Under the pieces are notes generated by a model. The model did not search any database and was not told the origin of the DNA. It saw nothing but the letters and a program-made list of their open reading frames with translations. A stretch of DNA of 64,000 nt, from the IMG/VR virus record IMGVR_UViG_3300036846_000743, positions 124,001-188,000 of that record; one strand, written 5' to 3'. Numbering within the stretch: the first letter of the stretch is position 1; each line of letters begins with the position of its first letter. This document shows positions 9,159-19,600 of this stretch, piece after piece. The position numbers were made by a program, and so were the translations under genes.

Positions 9159-10385
9159 TCAGCGAAAGAGCGAATTAGCCACCCCGGTGATCAGTCCGCC
9201 CCAAACACCAAGGCTCTGGAGCTTCTCCTGAGCTTCCGGCTTGAGCCCGGCCAGCGCACCTAAGATCTTGCCTGCGGCCATGCCGGTAAGCCAGCCCTTG
9301 CCGGCGCCGATCGCTGCCGACGTCGCGACTTCGAACGGGCTCACCTCATTCGACTGGGTCGCCGCAGCCGTGCCTGACAGCAGGCCGGCCGTCGCGGCTG
9401 CCGCATAGGGCGGCGTATACATGGGCTGCTCGTTGGTCCCCCAGGGACTCTTGGTGCCAAAAGCATTGGCTGGGTTACGCACGTCATTCCAGATGACCTG
9501 GTTGAATGCATCAACTGGAATGCTGCGCATGAACAGGGCGCCAGTCTGGCCGAAGTCCTGGGCTGCTTTACGGAACCATGGGTTAATTCTGGGTTCAAGC
9601 GGATCAAGGACCGACGCTCGCTTGAGCCCGGGCAGCACAGGAGGCCCCATTTCCTCTTCGAGATCCTGATACGACACCTCGTGCTTCGGCAAGGGCGGAA
9701 GCGGCGTCCCTGGCGTACCCGGCGCACCGGTCGCTTCCGGCCCCATCAGGGGATGCCTGGTCCCCTGCATCCCCGGAAAGGCACCCAGTCCCTTGGCGCG
9801 TCGCTGAGCAGTCCACTGCCACAGCCCGGGCGCGGCACCCAGCCCGGCACCGGCCAGCCCCAGAGTGATTGGCAGGTGACCCCGCTCGGCATACTCCTCG
9901 GGGAGAAACTTCTCGGCCAGCCAGCCAGTACCATAGCCCAGGCCGCCGCCGATCAGGCTGTTGACGATCGCCGCGTGCAGCCCGGTGGGGTGCTTGCCAC
10001 CGATCAAGTGCTGGAGGGCAAAACCCGGGCGAGCCAGCGGCGCCAGATAGCCGTTGGCTGCCTTGACCAGGACCCAACCCTCGACAGGCGGCGGTGCAAT
10101 CGGCTCGACGTACAAGGCCACACCGGGCACATCCGGCACATCGGGCAGCGCCTCCCAGTCGGCCCGCTTCTCGATGTCGGCGACATGAGCCCAGGCGGTC
10201 CTGGTATCCGGATGCCACCACAGCTGATCCTCGGGGCCGGCAGCGCGCGTGGCCCAGGCTGCCAGCCGACATGCGGCCGGAGCAGCCTTCTTGTAGAGCG
10301 CCACGACCATATCGGGCACTCGCCGCCACGCTTCGTACTCGACGGCATCGACGATTGCGCCAAGCTGCTCTTCGAGCCGGCCCAT
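9159..10385 (-). CDS. Glycine-zipper protein with K-x-A motifs, putative virion protein
   Basis: 408 aa; motifs KKAA, EKRA, VKAA, LKRA, RKAA; Gly-zipper hairpins GGGLGYGTGW, GLAGAGLGAAPG, GAGKGWLTGMAAG. Confidence 0.75.
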   Translation of the reverse strand: MGRLEEQLGAIVDAVEYEAWRRVPDMVVALYKKAAPAACRLAAWATRAAGPEDQLWWHPDTRTAWAHVADIEKRADWEALPDVPDVPGVALYVEPIAPPPVEGWVLVKAANGYLAPLARPGFALQHLIGGKHPTGLHAAIVNSLIGGGLGYGTGWLAEKFLPEEYAERGHLPITLGLAGAGLGAAPGLWQWTAQRRAKGLGAFPGMQGTRHPLMGPEATGAPGTPGTPLPPLPKHEVSYQDLEEEMGPPVLPGLKRASVLDPLEPRINPWFRKAAQDFGQTGALFMRSIPVDAFNQVIWNDVRNPANAFGTKSPWGTNEQPMYTPPYAAAATAGLLSGTAAATQSNEVSPFEVATSAAIGAGKGWLTGMAAGKILGALAGLKPEAQEKLQSLGVWGGLITGVANSLFR

Positions 10386-10388
10386 CGA

Positions 10389-10670
10389 TCATCCTCCTGA
10401 CATCGTCGGGATCCCTGGCCCGAACAGGCCGTGCGCAGCAGGCTGGCTCTGCGTCATTCGCTGCCGGGCAAATGCCTGGTCCTGATGCCACCGATCCAGC
10501 GCTTCGTTCATGCGGCGGGCCTGATCACTCCAATGCTGTCGGGTGACAGCCTTGTCGATGCCGCGCGTCATGTTCTCGCCGATATTGGAGAGCAGGCCCT
10601 GCTGCGGGTTGTAGCGAACATCCTCGGCGAGAACATTCATGAACGGCTTCTTGACGATCTCGAACATCAC
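10389..10670 (-). CDS. Hypothetical protein
   Basis: 93 aa, SD GGAGG, packed between neighbours. Confidence 0.6.
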   Translation of the reverse strand: MMFEIVKKPFMNVLAEDVRYNPQQGLLSNIGENMTRGIDKAVTRQHWSDQARRMNEALDRWHQDQAFARQRMTQSQPAAHGLFGPGIPTMSGG

Positions 10671-10680
10671 GCCCTCCGTG

Positions 10681-13600
10681 TCAGCCGAAGAGACTCCAGG
10701 GCCGCTGATAGCCTGGCGACCCTACTCTGCGAAGAACTTCCCGGAATTGTTCGTTGAGTTCTTCTTTTCGCTCGGACATCCGCTCGAGCACCTCGTCGGC
10801 TGATGGCCGGGGCTTCTCGCCGAACACCTTGCCGAGCCAACCGGGCGGCGGCATCTTTGCAACAAACCGCTGTATCTTCACGTGTCGTAATTCCTCGGGC
10901 AAGCCTTCATGGCTGTCGAACCGCAGCCCGCGGCCGCGCGCCTGGCCAAGTCTGGCCTCATTCCAGTGCGGATCGAGTAGCTGGATCAGCTGGGTGCCCT
11001 TGGCCGAGATTCCCTCGGCGGCGGCTGGCCCCAGCAGGAGCACCCGGCTCCGGCCCGAGTTGTAGTCATCCAGCGCTTTCTTGCGGGCCTCTTCGGGCAT
11101 GCTGCCGTGGAATTGCCCGAACGGGATCTTGGCCTCAGCCAGGCCGGCGGCATAAGGCGTCAAGCCGGCGTCGATGAAGTTCGAATAGATAATGGCCTTG
11201 GCTCTCGGATCTTTCGCCAGAGTTTCTTGGAGATGGCTCATGGCCGACTGGAGCTTGGACGACGTCTGGAACGCCCGGATCGGGTCGTGCGACGAGTGAT
11301 ACGGATAGAGTGATAACGCAGCCTGACGTGGCCCCGTCATGAAGGCAGACAGATGGCCGATCTCCTGCTTGGTGAGCGGATAGTCGTTGGACAGCTTCCA
11401 GCGCATGAGCCAGGGGAGCTTGCCCCACATCAGCTTGTAGAAGTCCTGCTGCTCGGAGCCCATGTCGACTTCGACCCGCTCGTCCTTGGTCGAGACCCCT
11501 TCGGGAGTCCGGGACGGCTGATAGTCCACGTGCCCTTCGAGCATGCGCTCCAGGTCTTCCTCGTTCTGGATCTTGGGCACCTTGACCGGTTTGACGCCCT
11601 GGAGCCAGCCGAAGAACCCGGGATTGACCGTCTCGTTGCCAACATACTTCTTGGTGAACGCGCCCGGACTCATCTCCTCGCCGCGCAGGATCGATAGCGG
11701 CACGGCCAGATCACTGGGTGCGTTCACGATGGGCGTGCCCGAAAGCAAGATCCGGTGCGGGGCTCGCATGCCCAGCTCCATCGCGGCCCGGGCACCGGCC
11801 GACTGCGGGTTCCGGATCCGCTGAACTTCGTCCATGATGACGGTGTTCGGCGTGACCGATGGCTGCTTACCCATGCCAATCCCAGTATATGACATCACGT
11901 TGGTCGGTGTAGACTGATCAGTAAATTTACCTAATTCCTTGAGGTAATTACCTCTGAGGCTCGCCGGCACGACAGCTGTGAATGGCCCGCCGGTCTCCTC
12001 GGCGGCAGCCAGGCTGGCCAAGGACTTTCCTGAGCCCAGACCATGGTAGACCAGCAGGTTCTGGCCCTCGCCGACCCGTTTGGCCACGCGTTCCTGCTGG
12101 GGCTGGAGCCGGACCCAGGGCAGCAGGTCGGCCCGCTTCTCGCCCCAACTGTGACCACACCTGTTGCACTTACCGTCGTCCGGATCGCGCTCGAGCCGGG
12201 CATGGCACTTCGGGCAGCACTCGCCGGCCGGACACGGGTCGCCCTTCTCGTCGGTGGGGCTGCCGACGGCCCGGGCCCAGGCAGCAGCCTTCGCAGGCAA
12301 AAGCCTGATCCTGGACTTGTCGATCGGGTCTCCCTTCGGGGCCTTCTCTCCGTTATAGACCACGGCATCCAGGTCTTCCGGTGTCACGCGCACGGCCCTG
12401 ATATGACTCAGTCCCTCATCGATGTGCCGGGACAGGCGGTGCCGGCCATCCCAGAGCGTACCATCGATGCCAACCAGAATTGGCTTGTTCATGTTGACGG
12501 CAGCGTATCGCTTCTTCGAATAGCCAGTGCTTGCCGACCGGTTGGGCTTCTCGATGTCGCCCAGGGGAATGTTCTCGACCTTGCGCCCGGCCGTACGGCT
12601 GACCAGGTCATCGATGTCGTAGGTCTTGCCGCCCCTGCTGACGGTGTTGGTGCGAACCCAGTCGGCGACCTTGAGCCGACCACCGACCATGGCGAGGGAA
12701 GCATGGATCCTGAAGCCCGTCGGCTTGTGAGTCAGGCCGGCCATGTCCCGGATGGTCGAGTCGATCTTGAACTCACTGGGGCGCTCGTGGATCAGCCTGG
12801 AGAGGATCTGGTACTTGGCACGGTAATTCTTCCGGTCACTCTCGGCCTTGGCCAGCTTCAGGTCGGCCAGGGCCGGATGCACCTTGGCGGTCTTCTCTTC
12901 CTCTTCTTCGATCTGCTGGATGACCTCGGGGATGATCGCATTGGGTTTGCCCAAGAGCGATCCCTGGATCGCGTCCCACCATGATGGGGCCGGCGGCGGC
13001 AGCCGGCGACGACTGCGCGGGGTGACAACAGGAGGTGGCGGATCAGTGATCCCGAGCAGCCCGGCCAGCTTCAGCGTCGCAGCAGTGTCAGCATGGCTGG
13101 CCACCTTGTTGATGTCTTCGTGCAGGCCCAGGAACGACGGCACCCGCAGGGCGCCTGATGGCAGCTTCTGCTGCGCGCGGACCCGGGCCACCCGGCCGAT
13201 ATAAGCCGACGGGTCCCTGGCGATGTCGGCCAGGGTCTCGTCGCTGAAGCCCGTGCCAACCCGGCCCACGGTCTTGCCCGGCTCATGGCCGTAGGTCAGG
13301 CCGCCCACAGTCGCAGCCCGCTGGCCTTCGCCCGGAAAAGTCCCGGTGACGTGTACATCGTGTTCCTCGAAGAGCTTGGCCTTCGAGGGCACGCCGGTTC
13401 TGGGATGATAGACAATTCCCTCTTCGGTAAGAGGATGTTCACCCGATCGGATCATGTCCCAGAGCTTGGTTGCGCTTGCTGGATCTCTGAATTCCTCGGA
13501 GACGTGGAACTTATCTGAAGGCAGGTGTCCAGCAATCTCTTCAAGCATTCGCCGACGATCTGATCGGGATGTAACGGCGGGATCGATGGGCTTCTTGCCG

Positions 13601-16600
13601 TACTGCTGAACGTCGTAGAGCATGTTGCGAAGCGTGAGGCCCTTTGCCTTCTGGAGCTGGAGACTGCGCGCAATACTGGAATTAAGTAGCTGGCCGACAT
13701 CCTGGGGACCGGTTCGGCGAGTTGTGACTTCAGGATCGCCTGGAAGGCCAGCAGCCCCGCTGCCACGCGGTGTTCCGTTGGCGTGTACCGTTTCCAGCCC
13801 TTCATGGCCCGTACCCACATCCGGACCACCATCAGGCGATCTTCGTCCAGTCTCCGTATCCGGTTGCGTTGCCTTACTTCCTCCTCCTGGTTGTAGTCGT
13901 GAGGCATACAGCTCGCCCTTCAAGATCGATCCTTCGAGGTGCCTGGGGACCGGGACCTCGGGGCGCCCGCCAAACAGGCGTTCCGTGTGGAAGATGGGCC
14001 GGCCGGTTGTCTTCGACGTCCTGAAGGATAACGCCTCGGCATGACCGCCTGCTAGTCTGATGAGCTGACTGGCGCCATCGACCTTGGCTTCTACCGTGTC
14101 GCCTTCCTGCATAGCTTTCAGGGCTGGCTCGACATCTTCGGGCGCGATCTTCTTGTAGCGAACTTTTTCGTAAGGGACCTGGTCCCGAGGGGTCGTGTTC
14201 ATGAGCAGCCAGTTCTTGTTGCCCCAGCCCTTGGGCCGGACCAGCGTGAACCGCTCGGGATGTCTCTGATGGGCCGTCGTGAAGTGTATTGACTCAGGAG
14301 TGGCTTTCGTGATCAGGATCTGGCCCTTGGTATGGGTCTTGACCGTGCCCTTGCCGTAGCCCTGGGGAATTTCTCCCTCGAAATTCCCGTACTCATGCCG
14401 ATGCACGGGCTGCTGCACGGCAAGATGTCGTTCCCCCGGTGGGGGTACTCCCTTGCGCGCGGCCCAGGAGAGCAGGCCCATGTCCGGGTTGCCGAACCTG
14501 ATGTCATGATGAAGACCCGCGCGCTCGGCTTCGTGCCTTTGCACTATGTAGTCCAGCATCTGGCCAACCTGGAGCTTATCAAGCTGGCCCATGTTGGACC
14601 TGGACGGCAGCCCGGGAGCGTAGTCGGCTTCGGCCTTCTTGCCCAGCTGGTAAGCCAGCGCCGGCGCTGCGACGCCACCAGCGATCATGCCGAGCATCGA
14701 CATGAGATTGCGGCGGCGCTCCTGCCGGCGCCGCTCGTAGTAGTCAAGCTCATCCTCGTCGTCGGGCGACACGACCCCGCCCAGCGCGCCGCCGAGCAAG
14801 TGACCACCCAGGAGGCCGGCGCCAGCGGCCCCGGCCAGGGTCAAGACCCGGTTGCGGATCTCGGGATCGGCCCAGCTCTCGCGTACCCCTGCCCACATGC
14901 CGGCCTGGGTTGCCGGCCGCGCCGCCGCCAAGAAGTCGGCTGGCCTGGGCGACCCGGCCGCCCTGGCAGCCACCGCGATGGGATCCTGCGATAGCGCCGC
15001 TCCGGGGCCAAGGCCCAGCCAGCTGCGGGCCTGCTGCTGTACCGTGTTGGCCGTCTGTCTGGCGATCTGGGACTGCATCTCCGGGCGGCTCGCGATATCG
15101 ACGGCCATGCTCTGGAACTCGGGCTTCTGGGCCATCTCGAGCAGCTTTGCTTGCAGCGCCGGATTGTTTGCCGCCTGCGAGATAACTTTCTGCCCTTCCG
15201 GAGTGCTGGCGAAGTTCGTGAGCGCCTGCACGACTTCGGGCTTCTGGGCCATCTCGCCCAGCACTTTCTGTCCCTCCGGGGTGCTGGCATAGTTCGTGAG
15301 CGCTCCCGTGACTTCGGGCTTCTGGGCCATCTCGCCCAGTGTTTTTCGCCCTTCCGGAGTACCGACATACTTCGTGAGTGCCCCTACGACTTCGGGCTTC
15401 TGGGCCAGCCCGCTTATGGTCTTCTGTCCCTCCGGGGTACCAACATACTTCGTGAGTGCCCCCATGACTTTGGGCTGCTGCGCCAACCCGCCCAGCGCCT
15501 TCTGTCCCTCCGGGGTACCGGCGTAGTTGCCAATGGCCTCCGTAACTGCGGGCTGCTGCGCCAGCCCGCCCAGTGTCTTCTGTCCCTCCGGAGTACTGGC
15601 GAAGTTGGTGATGGCCTCTGTAACTTCGGGCCGCTGGAAGAACCCGCCTATGGTCTTCTGCCCCTCTGGGGTGTTGGCGTAATTGGTGATGGCCCCCATG
15701 ACTTCGGGCTTCTGGAAGAGCCCGCCTATGGTTTTCTGCCCTTCTGGAGTGCTGGCATAATTCGTGATCGCTTTCGTGACTTCGGGCTGATCAGCCAGTC
15801 CAGCCAAGGTCTTTTGCATATCCGGATTGGTCAAGGACTGGGTAAACGCTTTCTGTACTGCTGGGTTGGCCGCGGTATTCGCAAGGAACTGCTGCATCTT
15901 GGGATCGTTCAGGGTCTGCGACAGCATCGCCTGGCCCTGGGGATTGTTCAGCTGCTCCCCGATGAACTTCTGCGTCTCGGGACTGGTCACAAGCTGTTGC
16001 ACGCCCTTCTGGACAACCGGACTATCCATCACGTGCTGCCGCATCCGGGGATCGGTGAGTGTCCGGGTGAGCGGCTGAACGATCGGGCTGGTCATGCTGG
16101 CAATCGGGTTGGCCTTCATCTCGGGCGTGTACTTGGCTATGGCCTCATCGACAGCCTTCTGGTAAATGGGCGCGGGATCCTCCTTCATGGGGATGAACTG
16201 GCCGGCCGCACTCATCGCGAGACCGAACGGCGAGGCCAGCCGGGCAGCATCCACGAAGCCCATGGTATTGGGATACTTCTGGCGCGCCGTGTAATAGTCG
16301 TGCCGCAGGAACGGGATCGTGGACTTGGCAGCCACGTCGCCCACCATCTTGCCGATGGCCGACTCGTCGGGCTTGCCGGTAACCCAGCTCACTCCCGGAA
16401 TATTCCGGGAAGCCCAGCTCACTCCTGGAATTCTGTGCAGCAGCTGGGTTGCCACCGGGCCGCGCAGGCCCCGCAGTTCCTCCTTGGCCCACGGCTGCTT
16501 CAACTCCTTGATGCCTGCTTCCGACAATCCCAGCCCCCTGCCCAGCATGGTCGCTTCCTGGCTCTCGAAGACCGGCTGCGTCGCCATGTTGTAGCCGGCC

Positions 16601-19600
16601 AGGCCCAGGCCAGTACCGGTCGCAGCAGTGCTCCCGTAACGCAGCGTCTGGCCCAGCGCCTGCCGCTGCCAGTCCCAGCGACGCTGCGGTGGCTGCGGGG
16701 CAGGGTTATTCAGGAGCTTACTCCACGGAGTAGTCGCAGCTTGCGGAACGCCACCTTTCGGGATGGGGACTTTGGGAGTGACTTCCCGGTGCAGGCCCGG
16801 GATCTGCGGGCTGAAGGTGAACCTGGCAGCATTGCCGGCGCCGATAAGAGGGCGCTTCCAGCCCTCGCCACTCACGCCCCAGAACTGACCCGGCGCCGCG
16901 CCGGACATGTGATACGCGCCACGGCCTATGGCACCAAGGCCCCCCTTGGCCCGTGACCACAGTCCTCCCGCCTCCTTGGTCATCGCCACCTTGAGATTGG
17001 GATCAATCCTGGCGACGTTGTGAACGAGCCCCGGCATCCGCCTGGTCGCAGCACCCTCGATAACCTGCCAGTCCGGCGCTGCAAACATATCCTTCCAGTA
17101 CTGCTCGTCGTCACCAAGGTTGCTCGGATTCAGGGTGTTCCACCATGAGTTGACGTGGCCCTTGAACCAGTCCAGCGCCTTCTTGGCCTCGGCCGGCGAT
17201 GTCACTTCCCTGCCGGTGTTCTGGGCATATACCCGCTTGACGAGGGCCAGCCGGGGATCAAGCTCGTCGGGCGAAAAGAGATAGTTCAGGTTATGTTTCG
17301 GTCCGAATGACGGCGTACCGCCCAGCGTCTTGACCAGCTTCTGCCCCGACGACGTGATCTCCGGATCAATCTTCGCGAGATTGGCCAGCTCCTTGGCCGT
17401 GCCTCCACGCTCAAGGACCCGCTTGATCGGCGCCATCTGCATTCCCGAGTGCGTCAGCTCGTGCCCCACGGTTTGCTGCTGATCGTGCACATTGACCAGG
17501 CTGTCCTTCGGCATCGTGATGACTGCCGGTGGCGCTGCTGGCCTGTTGACCATAGGCGTGGTCACGCCGGCGTAAGTCTCGTTTTCCGCGCCCGGTATCG
17601 CGATCCCTTTAGGGAGCTTGACGGTCTTCCCGGGCACCTCGACGACCGGTACCTTGGTGTGAAGATCCTCAGCCTTCCAGGGAACCGAGGGGATCGACGG
17701 AGCATAGGGCACCTGCTTGCCTTCCGCTCGCCGGATGACCCCTTCGACACCGCCCTCCATCTTCCCGTAATACGGATCGAGGCTCTCGGCCAGGCTCTTC
17801 ATCTTCGCCCCGGGAGGTACCACGTAAGGCGCATCCGGCGCGGGAGCTACAGGCGGCTGCTGCTGTTGCTGCTGCTGTAGCCGCTGTGCCTTGGCCCTGC
17901 CGATGTAGTAGGCCCCGCCCAGGCCACCCAGACCGGCGCCGTAGATCACGTCGCGTAACGGGTCTTCGCTGCCGAAGAGCTTCCCGAGCCCCCAGCCGCC
18001 CAGGCCGCCGGCACCAGCGCCGATCAGCATCGGAGCATAGTCCTTGAAGTCGCCTTGCTTCTCGCCAAGCCGGGCCAGCCAGCCGACCGCGCGGCCCCTG
18101 TCACCGCGCTGCCGCAGCCGATCCATGAACTCGACCAAAGGATCGCTATCTTCGCCATCTTCGTCATCATCTTCGCCAGCGCCGTCTGGCTTGGGGAAGG
18201 ATATCCGGGTGATGGAGATTCGCTGTATCGAGATCGGTATCCTGATCTTACGTCCGCCGTTATCTTCGCCATTATGTACATCGTCGCTAGCCCCACTGTG
18301 TACATCTTCGTCATCATCTTCGCCGTCGGTGGTTGTAGCTACTTTGGCTATCGAGACGGTATTCCCAGCATCTCCTCGACCGTCCAGCCATTGTGCAACC
18401 GATCGTAGAGGGTGCTCACGGGAATACCCAGCTGCGATGCCCATTGACCGATTGTCTGTTTCTTTCCGTGGAAGGAGAACTGGCGCCGTGGCTGCTTTGG
18501 TCGTGAAAGCGGTATTCCCCGTGACAATCGATAAGTCACGTGTGCCCGCGAGCAACCCAGCAGACGAGCTGCGTCCGCCGTACTCATCTTCTGGCCGTCG
18601 AATTCGACCCAGTGAGTCGTCCGTCGGGGCCGACCACGTGGCGTTAGAATTGCCTCCTCGTCTGTCCAGCCGAGCCTCACTATGCGTCCGCGGAGTACCG
18701 TCGGATGCAAGCCAGTCCGTTCGGCCCACTCGGCGATCGTCCGAGTCTCGCCCTGGCATGTCAGCAGCCGATTGGTTCGCGTATTTCGTGCTTGCGCTTT
18801 CCGTGATGCCCAAATGCAGTTTGCTTTGGAATAGCCCTTGCTGTTTTCCTTTCGCTCGAGGGTCATTCCCGCCGGCCGATCTCCCATGTCCCGGTAGAAC
18901 GCCATGAAGCGCCGCTGCCAACTTTGACACACCGTAATTCCGCGCCCGCCATAATTCTTGTAACCGCGGCTCGTCGGATTCAGACAACGCTCCTTCATCT
19001 TGCACCAAGTCGTGTACGCTCGCGTCTTGACCAGACCGTGATACTGCCGTTTGATCATTGGCCGCCTTGCTGACTTCGTTAGGTTTGAGAACATTGCGAC
19101 GTCTTACACCTATAGTGATGTGAAATTCATGATCACCATTGGGCAAAGGAGTCAGACCATAGCTCTTCCGCAGGGCCTTGAGATCGGAAGAGCTAACCCG
19201 TACAAACCACGCCTTGGACATCTCGGGCCAGCCCTTGGGTTCGACTTCCATGATCGGTCCAAGTTGATAACTGAACGGATGACCACGTTCACTTATCTTG
19301 TCAGGACCACCGATCTTTTTGACATCCTGATCGGTGAGGGCGCTAATATGGGCGTTGAGCACGCCGTCTCGCAGCGGCAATTCAGCGCCTGGCGCTTCGA
19401 GCGCATCGAATAATCCCCTAACAAGTGCATTGGGGACGCTGACCAAACCCCAGCCGCTCGCACTGACATATAACCGACCATGGAGTATGGGTACCGCCAC
19501 CGGGGCGCCGCCTGCCTTGATCAACATACCGTAAGCTGCGGCGACCTGGTAATAGTCCAGGTCTTCGGCTGCCCGGCGGCGAGCCAGTGTGGCCGGATCG

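Noticed and set aside
15142-15765. 78-nt and 21-nt (42771) tandem repeats as a CRISPR array
   Set aside because: In-frame coding repeats with no unique spacers; no cas genes.
18024-18317. 97-aa +1-frame ORF next to the HNH
   Set aside because: Met/Thr/Lys-rich text is the frame shadow of GAT-GAC-GAA acidic codons in the host frame.
18348-19094. Group I intron or intein explanation for the HNH
   Set aside because: No flanking non-coding sequence for an intron core, and the HNH is out of frame with no C/S...HN intein termini.
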